From: Zancudomyces culisetae HAW-14-8
Taxonomy: Eukaryota; Fungi; Kickxellomycota
DNA length: 64,000 nucleotides
NCBI GenBank assembly: GCA_052426225.1
Contig: JBNJNM010000011.1
Span: 248,001-312,000 of the forward strand
Direction: 5' to 3'
Made by a program: the position numbers and the translations under genes. Positions 35,797-45,526 of this stretch are shown one piece after another. The notes below the pieces were generated by a model that worked only from the letters and a program-made list of their open reading frames with translations, ran no database searches and was not told where the DNA came from. Each line of letters opens with the position of its first letter. Within the stretch, counting starts at the first letter, position 1.

Positions 35797-38700
35797 ATGG
35801 TAGAATGCCCTCATTCGTACCTATCTGTCTGAATCTTTTTAACTTTGACTTTAGCGTTGTGGTCACTTCTGGTATCATAAAATCCTTTTGATGATATTTT
35901 TTCAAGATGTCACCATTAATTAAATCTCTGTTGCCTTTATCATCTCTTATTATGTAACAGCCTTTACTTAGTACTCTTTCAATCACATAAGGACCTTCCC
36001 ATAATCTTTCGAGTTTCGCTTTTTCGTATTCGACCAGTTTTAATACTAAATCGCCCATTTTGAAATTATACATTTTAACCTTTTTATTATACCTAATTTC
36101 ATCGTTTTTCTTTGCCAAAACTGATTTTGTTGTTCCCAGTTCTCTTAACTGTGGTAAATCGTCTTTAATGTTTTGAATCCTATTTTTTATTTCTTCTTCG
36201 ATATTTGATATTTCACCGTTATAATTCCATAATGATGGTAAATCCAATTGTACTCCGTATAACATTTCTGCTGGACTTAAACCTGTTGATTTATTTTTCA
36301 TCGTTCTTATGACTAAAAGTGTTTTCCATAAATAACTGTCCCAATTTTTCTTGTCTTGTTTACATTGCTTTTGTAAAATGTTGACTAAGGTTTTATTGAA
36401 CCTTTCTACTTGGCCGTTACTCTGAGGCCTGTAAGGTGAAGTCGGAGAATGATTTATGCCCAACCATTCATACACCTTTGTCGTACTTTCGCTTATAAAA
36501 CTTGGTCCCCTATCTGAAATAATTTTTTGCGGTATTCCATAATATTGTACTATATGGTTAATTATAAACGAAATAATAGTTTCACTTAATAAATTCTCAA
36601 CTGGAATGGCAATTGGCCATTTCGTACAATAATCGATTGCTGTGAGAATATATCTGTTTCCTGAATTTGTGATATGATTAAATGGGCCTACAGCATCAAT
36701 CCCTATAATTTCAAACGGTTTAGTTACTTTGATTGGGATCAATGGATGTTTAAAAGTTCTTCCATCCTTGTATAGTTGACACAAATGACAACTTTGTACC
36801 ATATCATATACATTTTTGTATAAGTTATTCCCGCAATATTTTTCACTGATTCTTTTCCATGTGTTTTCGATCCCTTCGTGTGTTTCATTGTGTATGCTGT
36901 TGATGACTTCAGAATAATTATTTTCATGTAGTACTTCTTTAATTTTGTTTTTTATAACTTTACACAATTTCCCATCTACAAGTTGATATTTACTTGAATT
37001 TTTAACTATATTGTTTTTATAATTTTCATCACAATTGCTTGGAAATGATAAGTCTGCTAAATACTGTTTTAAGCATTCGTGTTCGGTAAAATCCATTGCA
37101 TAAACGTCGATTTCATCTTTATCGGTTTCGTATTCTTCGTTTGTTAATCTCGATAAGCTGTCTGCTGGATTATTTTTACCTGGGATATGTTCGATATCAA
37201 ACTCAAAGTTCCTTAAAATCATTGCCCACCTGGCAATCCTACCTGTCAATTCTGTACCGTTAAATATCTGTAATAATGCTTTATGATCAGTACGTATAAC
37301 AAATTTTCTACCCCATAAATAATACTTAAATTTTTTTATCGCCCAAACTACCGCTAATGCCTCGAGATGACTTATTGAATAGTTTTTCTCGGCTTTATTT
37401 GTAGTCCTGCTGGCGTATTCAATTACTCTTCCTTGTTGTTGCGATAGCACTGCTCCTAACCCATTTATCGACGCATCTGTGGTTATTATAAATTGTTCTT
37501 CCCAATCTGGATGGTCTAGAATTGGTGCTTCAGTAAGTGAGTCTTTTAGTTTTTCCAATGCTTGGTCTTGTTCGTGTTCCCACTTCCACGGCTCGCTTTT
37601 CTTAAGTAGTTTTGTAATTGGTTGTGCAACTTTTGCATAATTCTGTATATACTTTCTGTAGTATCCAGATAATCCTAAAAGTGATTGAACCTCTTTTATA
37701 TTTGTCGGTTTCTTGATATTTTGTATCGCTTCGACTTTATTTTTGCTAGTACCTATCCCTTTCCCGGATATTACATGCCCTAAATATTCGATACACTTTT
37801 GTCCCATTAAACATTTTTCCCTATTTAACTGTATACCATTTGTTTTTAATAAATCAAATACCAACTTAACATCCTCAACATGGTCTTTTTCATTTTTAGA
37901 ATATATAATTATATCATCTATAAAGACAACTGCCTTTTTCCATAAAACAGGCTTTAAAGCTAACTCCATAGCTCTTTGGAATGTTGAAGGACTGTTAGTC
38001 AGTCCGAACGGCATGACATTGTATTTATAACTACCTCCCCCCGGTATGGCGAATGTGGTTTTATCCTTATCCTTTTCAGACATTTTAATCTGCCAAAATC
38101 CATTGATAGCGTCTAGCGTACTGAAAATTGTTGCACCTGCTAGAGCCATAAATAAGTCTTGAATAACCGGTAACGGGTAGGAGTCCTTTTTTGTAACCTT
38201 ATTTAATTGACGGTAATCAGCACATATTCTTAAACTACCGTTTTTCTTATGAACAATGACGACTGGTGAACACCATTCTGCGTCGCTTGGTTCGATTATT
38301 TTCCTGTTCAGCATTTCTTTAAGTTGTTCTTCAACTTTTTCTTGAAGTCTATAGGGTATCCTATATGGCTTCTGTTTGATAGGCTTTTCATCTGTCAGCT
38401 CAATCTTATGTTCTGTTATAGATGTCTGTTTTAATTCTGAGATGTCATCTACAAAGATGTCATCAAACTCTTCAATCACTTCAGCTAGTTTACTATTGTT
38501 ATCTGCTTCTAAGCCCTTTGGTGCCTCCTTAACCACGTAATACATTTCTGTTTCATCCTCTTGAATTTGTGTAGTAGTGGTTAACCTGGTAATGAGCTCT
38601 GAGTTTTCAATTGGAAATCTTATCTCTGGTACTTTCAGATTAATTATCGCTCTGTGTTTGAGAAGCCAGTCGGTTCCTAAGATCAAATTTCCTTCATTTT

Positions 38701-40174
38701 TTTCCATAACAACCAAGTTTGCTGGAAGTATAACCGAAGCTATTTTCACTGGTACATTGTTAATCTTACCCAATGTTGGATGTTTTTTACCATCCGCAGT
38801 TATAATAATTTGAATATTTCTGCTATCAATATCTAAACCCCAACATTCTACCATTTTAGGACCAACAACTGAACAAGCTGCGCCAGTATCAATGACTGCT
38901 GAAATATCTTGTCCAAAAATTTGTACTTGTGCTCTACAATTGGTAATTTTCCTTTCATGTATTGAAATCTCATTAATTTCTGAAGTATCCTTTTTGTTGC
39001 ATAGTCCAACTAACTCTTTTGCTAGTATAGGTGAACTATCTAACAGTTGTATAAGGCTAATCTTTGGATATACCTTATTCAACTCATCCCTTAATGAAAA
39101 TGCCTTTGTACCGTTTTGTATCCTTGGGTTATACCTTTTTTGTATTTGTACACTCAGCGGTACATCTTCATCAATTTCCTCAACATTTTTTTCTACAGTT
39201 TTTTCTTTAATAAAATTTTCTGATAAAGTTGATGTTGCTGCAGTGTTGTTTCTTTTTCTTGCTCTTATTTCAGTAGTGGTATCATTTAATGAATTGTTTT
39301 TTCTTTTTTCAACCGCAAATAGCTGCTTACTGTCTGATTCTTTTTCACCTACAATGTCAATGAAATTTACGTTAGCATTTATTTTAGAATTACTATCTTG
39401 ATTCTTCTGAGCTTTCCATTTTTGGCATTCGAACTTCCTATGTCCTTCCTCCTGGCAATAGAAACACTTGTAAACATTGGTATTCTCGGGTCTATAACTT
39501 TTCAATTTTTTATCTACTACTTCATCCACTTTAGCTAAAAGACTAACACTTAATTCCTCGAATTTCCTAATCATAGCTGCATACGGCTCTTTGTCTTTTG
39601 ACATATCCTTAATGGTTCTACCCTGCCTACTCGCAGCATTTTTAGATAGTTCCTTCATTTTGCTTACTTTATCTTTGTACTCACTCTTCCTATATACTCC
39701 TTGTTCAGACTTCTCCAACTTAGATATGAACTTTATCACCTTGTCCCAACTCTTGTATCCTGTTTCTTCCAGCTTTTCCTTATGCTCTGCCTTCAGGATA
39801 CTAACTAGTAAATCCAGTTTGATATCATCCTTGGTTATTCCTGCTTTTTCACACAACAGTTCTAGATCATATTCCAATTCCTCTATGCTGTTGTAGTCGG
39901 AGTGTTTGATGTTTCTCAACTTATCCCAGACTTGACACTTGGTCTCCTTGATGCTAAACTTTTCAATAAATAGTTTACTGAATTCATCCCAACTCGTGAA
40001 ATACTCTTTGTTTTTCTTATACCAAATGGCTTCCTTCTTGCCAAGGTAAAGTCTCACAAGATCAATCCAGTCCCCTTCATCCCAATTGTTTTGTTTAGCA
40101 ACTAACCTATAGTTATCCGCCCAGTCCTCGGGGTCAATACCCATATCAGATTCAAAAGTCTTCGGTGTGATCAT
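35795..40174 (-). CDS. Gag-Pol polyprotein (Gag-CCHC, PR, RT, RNase H, IN), copy 1
   Basis: CFYCQEEGHRKFEC zinc knuckle; VIDTGA protease; MPFGLTNSPSTFQ and FIDD (RT); TDAS (RNase H); HHCC and D-D-E integrase; GPY motif. PR-RT-RH-IN order identifies Ty3/gypsy. Confidence 0.97.
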   Translation of the reverse strand: MITPKTFESDMGIDPEDWADNYRLVAKQNNWDEGDWIDLVRLYLGKKEAIWYKKNKEYFTSWDEFSKLFIEKFSIKETKCQVWDKLRNIKHSDYNSIEELEYDLELLCEKAGITKDDIKLDLLVSILKAEHKEKLEETGYKSWDKVIKFISKLEKSEQGVYRKSEYKDKVSKMKELSKNAASRQGRTIKDMSKDKEPYAAMIRKFEELSVSLLAKVDEVVDKKLKSYRPENTNVYKCFYCQEEGHRKFECQKWKAQKNQDSNSKINANVNFIDIVGEKESDSKQLFAVEKRKNNSLNDTTTEIRARKRNNTAATSTLSENFIKEKTVEKNVEEIDEDVPLSVQIQKRYNPRIQNGTKAFSLRDELNKVYPKISLIQLLDSSPILAKELVGLCNKKDTSEINEISIHERKITNCRAQVQIFGQDISAVIDTGAACSVVGPKMVECWGLDIDSRNIQIIITADGKKHPTLGKINNVPVKIASVILPANLVVMEKNEGNLILGTDWLLKHRAIINLKVPEIRFPIENSELITRLTTTTQIQEDETEMYYVVKEAPKGLEADNNSKLAEVIEEFDDIFVDDISELKQTSITEHKIELTDEKPIKQKPYRIPYRLQEKVEEQLKEMLNRKIIEPSDAEWCSPVVIVHKKNGSLRICADYRQLNKVTKKDSYPLPVIQDLFMALAGATIFSTLDAINGFWQIKMSEKDKDKTTFAIPGGGSYKYNVMPFGLTNSPSTFQRAMELALKPVLWKKAVVFIDDIIIYSKNEKDHVEDVKLVFDLLKTNGIQLNREKCLMGQKCIEYLGHVISGKGIGTSKNKVEAIQNIKKPTNIKEVQSLLGLSGYYRKYIQNYAKVAQPITKLLKKSEPWKWEHEQDQALEKLKDSLTEAPILDHPDWEEQFIITTDASINGLGAVLSQQQGRVIEYASRTTNKAEKNYSISHLEALAVVWAIKKFKYYLWGRKFVIRTDHKALLQIFNGTELTGRIARWAMILRNFEFDIEHIPGKNNPADSLSRLTNEEYETDKDEIDVYAMDFTEHECLKQYLADLSFPSNCDENYKNNIVKNSSKYQLVDGKLCKVIKNKIKEVLHENNYSEVINSIHNETHEGIENTWKRISEKYCGNNLYKNVYDMVQSCHLCQLYKDGRTFKHPLIPIKVTKPFEIIGIDAVGPFNHITNSGNRYILTAIDYCTKWPIAIPVENLLSETIISFIINHIVQYYGIPQKIISDRGPSFISESTTKVYEWLGINHSPTSPYRPQSNGQVERFNKTLVNILQKQCKQDKKNWDSYLWKTLLVIRTMKNKSTGLSPAEMLYGVQLDLPSLWNYNGEISNIEEEIKNRIQNIKDDLPQLRELGTTKSVLAKKNDEIRYNKKVKMYNFKMGDLVLKLVEYEKAKLERLWEGPYVIERVLSKGCYIIRDDKGNRDLINGDILKKYHQKDFMIPEVTTTLKSKLKRFRQIGTNEGILP

Positions 40175-40241
40175 TGTATCTAATTGCTGTCTTTTTAGAA
40201 TATATTATCTGCACTTTGTTATGTTATTTTTCTAGGTATAT

Positions 40242-40259
40242 GCCTAGCTGGGAGCGCCA
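40242..40259 (-). other. Primer-binding site TGGCGCTCCCAGCTAGGC (repeated at +4866 and +9732)
   Basis: Begins with TGG 1 nt after the LTR CA and is complementary to a tRNA 3' end ...GCCTAGCTGGGAGCGCCA. Confidence 0.85.
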
Positions 40260-40260
40260 C

Positions 40261-40649
40261 TGTTATATTTTTATTTTAACTTAAACTTTTATTAACTTAA
40301 AATATACTTGAACTTTATCCTATTCTCTTACTATACCAAATATCCGTTAATATTGTTATTATTAACTATTGAATATTAGTATACTGAATAAAAGAACTTA
40401 TTACTACTATTTATTTGGATTAAAGATGTGTTTTATTTAGTGCTATTTCCCTGCACTTATATACTTTTACTGCTAACTTAAAAAATACTATTAAAACTAT
40501 ACAAAGATACATAAACTTTACTACTGAAAGTTAAAGCATAAATTTGTATATACTGTTTAAAACTTGTAATAAAAATCATAATACTAATTAAAAACATATG
40601 ATTACTAAACTAAACTGTTTCAAGGTATGTCTTGGTTTACTATATGACA
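40261..40649 (-). repeat. LTR copy 2 (shared between units)
   Basis: Same sequence as copy 1; PPT on one side and PBS on the other. Confidence 0.95.
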
Positions 40650-40660
40650 GTACCTCCCTC

Positions 40661-43600
40661 CTATGGTAGAATGCCCTCATTCGTACCTATCTGTCTGAAT
40701 CTTTTTAACTTTGACTTTAGCGTTGTGGTCACTTCTGGTATCATAAAATCCTTTTGATGATATTTTTTCAAGATGTCACCATTAATTAAATCTCTGTTGC
40801 CTTTATCATCTCTTATTATGTAACAGCCTTTACTTAGTACTCTTTCAATCACATAAGGACCTTCCCATAATCTTTCGAGTTTCGCTTTTTCGTATTCGAC
40901 CAGTTTTAATACTAAATCGCCCATTTTGAAATTATACATTTTAACCTTTTTATTATACCTAATTTCATCGTTTTTCTTTGCCAAAACTGATTTTGTTGTT
41001 CCCAGTTCTCTTAACTGTGGTAAATCGTCTTTAATGTTTTGAATCCTATTTTTTATTTCTTCTTCGATATTTGATATTTCACCGTTATAATTCCATAATG
41101 ATGGTAAATCCAATTGTACTCCGTATAACATTTCTGCTGGACTTAAACCTGTTGATTTATTTTTCATCGTTCTTATGACTAAAAGTGTTTTCCATAAATA
41201 ACTGTCCCAATTTTTCTTGTCTTGTTTACATTGCTTTTGTAAAATGTTGACTAAGGTTTTATTGAACCTTTCTACTTGGCCGTTACTCTGAGGCCTGTAA
41301 GGTGAAGTCGGAGAATGATTTATGCCCAACCATTCATACACCTTTGTCGTACTTTCGCTTATAAAACTTGGTCCCCTATCTGAAATAATTTTTTGCGGTA
41401 TTCCATAATATTGTACTATATGGTTAATTATAAACGAAATAATAGTTTCACTTAATAAATTCTCAACTGGAATGGCAATTGGCCATTTCGTACAATAATC
41501 GATTGCTGTGAGAATATATCTGTTTCCTGAATTTGTGATATGATTAAATGGGCCTACAGCATCAATCCCTATAATTTCAAACGGTTTAGTTACTTTGATT
41601 GGGATCAATGGATGTTTAAAAGTTCTTCCATCCTTGTATAGTTGACACAAATGACAACTTTGTACCATATCATATACATTTTTGTATAAGTTATTCCCGC
41701 AATATTTTTCACTGATTCTTTTCCATGTGTTTTCGATCCCTTCGTGTGTTTCATTGTGTATGCTGTTGATGACTTCAGAATAATTATTTTCATGTAGTAC
41801 TTCTTTAATTTTGTTTTTTATAACTTTACACAATTTCCCATCTACAAGTTGATATTTACTTGAATTTTTAACTATATTGTTTTTATAATTTTCATCACAA
41901 TTGCTTGGAAATGATAAGTCTGCTAAATACTGTTTTAAGCATTCGTGTTCGGTAAAATCCATTGCATAAACGTCGATTTCATCTTTATCGGTTTCGTATT
42001 CTTCGTTTGTTAATCTCGATAAGCTGTCTGCTGGATTATTTTTACCTGGGATATGTTCGATATCAAACTCAAAGTTCCTTAAAATCATTGCCCACCTGGC
42101 AATCCTACCTGTCAATTCTGTACCGTTAAATATCTGTAATAATGCTTTATGATCAGTACGTATAACAAATTTTCTACCCCATAAATAATACTTAAATTTT
42201 TTTATCGCCCAAACTACCGCTAATGCCTCGAGATGACTTATTGAATAGTTTTTCTCGGCTTTATTTGTAGTCCTGCTGGCGTATTCAATTACTCTTCCTT
42301 GTTGTTGCGATAGCACTGCTCCTAACCCATTTATCGACGCATCTGTGGTTATTATAAATTGTTCTTCCCAATCTGGATGGTCTAGAATTGGTGCTTCAGT
42401 AAGTGAGTCTTTTAGTTTTTCCAATGCTTGGTCTTGTTCGTGTTCCCACTTCCACGGCTCGCTTTTCTTAAGTAGTTTTGTAATTGGTTGTGCAACTTTT
42501 GCATAATTCTGTATATACTTTCTGTAGTATCCAGATAATCCTAAAAGTGATTGAACCTCTTTTATATTTGTCGGTTTCTTGATATTTTGTATCGCTTCGA
42601 CTTTATTTTTGCTAGTACCTATCCCTTTCCCGGATATTACATGCCCTAAATATTCGATACACTTTTGTCCCATTAAACATTTTTCCCTATTTAACTGTAT
42701 ACCATTTGTTTTTAATAAATCAAATACCAACTTAACATCCTCAACATGGTCTTTTTCATTTTTAGAATATATAATTATATCATCTATAAAGACAACTGCC
42801 TTTTTCCATAAAACAGGCTTTAAAGCTAACTCCATAGCTCTTTGGAATGTTGAAGGACTGTTAGTCAGTCCGAACGGCATGACATTGTATTTATAACTAC
42901 CTCCCCCCGGTATGGCGAATGTGGTTTTATCCTTATCCTTTTCAGACATTTTAATCTGCCAAAATCCATTGATAGCGTCTAGCGTACTGAAAATTGTTGC
43001 ACCTGCTAGAGCCATAAATAAGTCTTGAATAACCGGTAACGGGTAGGAGTCCTTTTTTGTAACCTTATTTAATTGACGGTAATCAGCACATATTCTTAAA
43101 CTACCGTTTTTCTTATGAACAATGACGACTGGTGAACACCATTCTGCGTCGCTTGGTTCGATTATTTTCCTGTTCAGCATTTCTTTAAGTTGTTCTTCAA
43201 CTTTTTCTTGAAGTCTATAGGGTATCCTATATGGCTTCTGTTTGATAGGCTTTTCATCTGTCAGCTCAATCTTATGTTCTGTTATAGATGTCTGTTTTAA
43301 TTCTGAGATGTCATCTACAAAGATGTCATCAAACTCTTCAATCACTTCAGCTAGTTTACTATTGTTATCTGCTTCTAAGCCCTTTGGTGCCTCCTTAACC
43401 ACGTAATACATTTCTGTTTCATCCTCTTGAATTTGTGTAGTAGTGGTTAACCTGGTAATGAGCTCTGAGTTTTCAATTGGAAATCTTATCTCTGGTACTT
43501 TCAGATTAATTATCGCTCTGTGTTTGAGAAGCCAGTCGGTTCCTAAGATCAAATTTCCTTCATTTTTTTCCATAACAACCAAGTTTGCTGGAAGTATAAC

Positions 43601-45040
43601 CGAAGCTATTTTCACTGGTACATTGTTAATCTTACCCAATGTTGGATGTTTTTTACCATCCGCAGTTATAATAATTTGAATATTTCTGCTATCAATATCT
43701 AAACCCCAACATTCTACCATTTTAGGACCAACAACTGAACAAGCTGCGCCAGTATCAATGACTGCTGAAATATCTTGTCCAAAAATTTGTACTTGTGCTC
43801 TACAATTGGTAATTTTCCTTTCATGTATTGAAATCTCATTAATTTCTGAAGTATCCTTTTTGTTGCATAGTCCAACTAACTCTTTTGCTAGTATAGGTGA
43901 ACTATCTAACAGTTGTATAAGGCTAATCTTTGGATATACCTTATTCAACTCATCCCTTAATGAAAATGCCTTTGTACCGTTTTGTATCCTTGGGTTATAC
44001 CTTTTTTGTATTTGTACACTCAGCGGTACATCTTCATCAATTTCCTCAACATTTTTTTCTACAGTTTTTTCTTTAATAAAATTTTCTGATAAAGTTGATG
44101 TTGCTGCAGTGTTGTTTCTTTTTCTTGCTCTTATTTCAGTAGTGGTATCATTTAATGAATTGTTTTTTCTTTTTTCAACCGCAAATAGCTGCTTACTGTC
44201 TGATTCTTTTTCACCTACAATGTCAATGAAATTTACGTTAGCATTTATTTTAGAATTACTATCTTGATTCTTCTGAGCTTTCCATTTTTGGCATTCGAAC
44301 TTCCTATGTCCTTCCTCCTGGCAATAGAAACACTTGTAAACATTGGTATTCTCGGGTCTATAACTTTTCAATTTTTTATCTACTACTTCATCCACTTTAG
44401 CTAAAAGACTAACACTTAATTCCTCGAATTTCCTAATCATAGCTGCATACGGCTCTTTGTCTTTTGACATATCCTTAATGGTTCTACCCTGCCTACTCGC
44501 AGCATTTTTAGATAGTTCCTTCATTTTGCTTACTTTATCTTTGTACTCACTCTTCCTATATACTCCTTGTTCAGACTTCTCCAACTTAGATATGAACTTT
44601 ATCACCTTGTCCCAACTCTTGTATCCTGTTTCTTCCAGCTTTTCCTTATGCTCTGCCTTCAGGATACTAACTAGTAAATCCAGTTTGATATCATCCTTGG
44701 TTATTCCTGCTTTTTCACACAACAGTTCTAGATCATATTCCAATTCCTCTATGCTGTTGTAGTCGGAGTGTTTGATGTTTCTCAACTTATCCCAGACTTG
44801 ACACTTGGTCTCCTTGATGCTAAACTTTTCAATAAATAGTTTACTGAATTCATCCCAACTCGTGAAATACTCTTTGTTTTTCTTATACCAAATGGCTTCC
44901 TTCTTGCCAAGGTAAAGTCTCACAAGATCAATCCAGTCCCCTTCATCCCAATTGTTTTGTTTAGCAACTAACCTATAGTTATCCGCCCAGTCCTCGGGGT
45001 CAATACCCATATCAGATTCAAAAGTCTTCGGTGTGATCAT
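40661..45040 (-). CDS. Gag-Pol polyprotein, copy 2
   Basis: 1459 aa; appears identical to copy 1. Confidence 0.97.
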   Translation of the reverse strand: MITPKTFESDMGIDPEDWADNYRLVAKQNNWDEGDWIDLVRLYLGKKEAIWYKKNKEYFTSWDEFSKLFIEKFSIKETKCQVWDKLRNIKHSDYNSIEELEYDLELLCEKAGITKDDIKLDLLVSILKAEHKEKLEETGYKSWDKVIKFISKLEKSEQGVYRKSEYKDKVSKMKELSKNAASRQGRTIKDMSKDKEPYAAMIRKFEELSVSLLAKVDEVVDKKLKSYRPENTNVYKCFYCQEEGHRKFECQKWKAQKNQDSNSKINANVNFIDIVGEKESDSKQLFAVEKRKNNSLNDTTTEIRARKRNNTAATSTLSENFIKEKTVEKNVEEIDEDVPLSVQIQKRYNPRIQNGTKAFSLRDELNKVYPKISLIQLLDSSPILAKELVGLCNKKDTSEINEISIHERKITNCRAQVQIFGQDISAVIDTGAACSVVGPKMVECWGLDIDSRNIQIIITADGKKHPTLGKINNVPVKIASVILPANLVVMEKNEGNLILGTDWLLKHRAIINLKVPEIRFPIENSELITRLTTTTQIQEDETEMYYVVKEAPKGLEADNNSKLAEVIEEFDDIFVDDISELKQTSITEHKIELTDEKPIKQKPYRIPYRLQEKVEEQLKEMLNRKIIEPSDAEWCSPVVIVHKKNGSLRICADYRQLNKVTKKDSYPLPVIQDLFMALAGATIFSTLDAINGFWQIKMSEKDKDKTTFAIPGGGSYKYNVMPFGLTNSPSTFQRAMELALKPVLWKKAVVFIDDIIIYSKNEKDHVEDVKLVFDLLKTNGIQLNREKCLMGQKCIEYLGHVISGKGIGTSKNKVEAIQNIKKPTNIKEVQSLLGLSGYYRKYIQNYAKVAQPITKLLKKSEPWKWEHEQDQALEKLKDSLTEAPILDHPDWEEQFIITTDASINGLGAVLSQQQGRVIEYASRTTNKAEKNYSISHLEALAVVWAIKKFKYYLWGRKFVIRTDHKALLQIFNGTELTGRIARWAMILRNFEFDIEHIPGKNNPADSLSRLTNEEYETDKDEIDVYAMDFTEHECLKQYLADLSFPSNCDENYKNNIVKNSSKYQLVDGKLCKVIKNKIKEVLHENNYSEVINSIHNETHEGIENTWKRISEKYCGNNLYKNVYDMVQSCHLCQLYKDGRTFKHPLIPIKVTKPFEIIGIDAVGPFNHITNSGNRYILTAIDYCTKWPIAIPVENLLSETIISFIINHIVQYYGIPQKIISDRGPSFISESTTKVYEWLGINHSPTSPYRPQSNGQVERFNKTLVNILQKQCKQDKKNWDSYLWKTLLVIRTMKNKSTGLSPAEMLYGVQLDLPSLWNYNGEISNIEEEIKNRIQNIKDDLPQLRELGTTKSVLAKKNDEIRYNKKVKMYNFKMGDLVLKLVEYEKAKLERLWEGPYVIERVLSKGCYIIRDDKGNRDLINGDILKKYHQKDFMIPEVTTTLKSKLKRFRQIGTNEGILP

Positions 45041-45126
45041 TGTATCTAATTGCTGTCTTTTTAGAATATATTATCTGCACTTTGTTATGTTATTTTTCTA
45101 GGTATATGCCTAGCTGGGAGCGCCAC

Positions 45127-45515
45127 TGTTATATTTTTATTTTAACTTAAACTTTTATTAACTTAAAATATACTTGAACTTTATCCTATTCTCTTACTAT
45201 ACCAAATATCCGTTAATATTGTTATTATTAACTATTGAATATTAGTATACTGAATAAAAGAACTTATTACTACTATTTATTTGGATTAAAGATGTGTTTT
45301 ATTTAGTGCTATTTCCCTGCACTTATATACTTTTACTGCTAACTTAAAAAATACTATTAAAACTATACAAAGATACATAAACTTTACTACTGAAAGTTAA
45401 AGCATAAATTTGTATATACTGTTTAAAACTTGTAATAAAAATCATAATACTAATTAAAAACATATGATTACTAAACTAAACTGTTTCAAGGTATGTCTTG
45501 GTTTACTATATGACA
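45127..45515 (-). repeat. LTR copy 3 (shared between units)
   Basis: Same sequence as copy 1. Confidence 0.95.
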
Positions 45516-45526
45516 GTACCTCCCTC

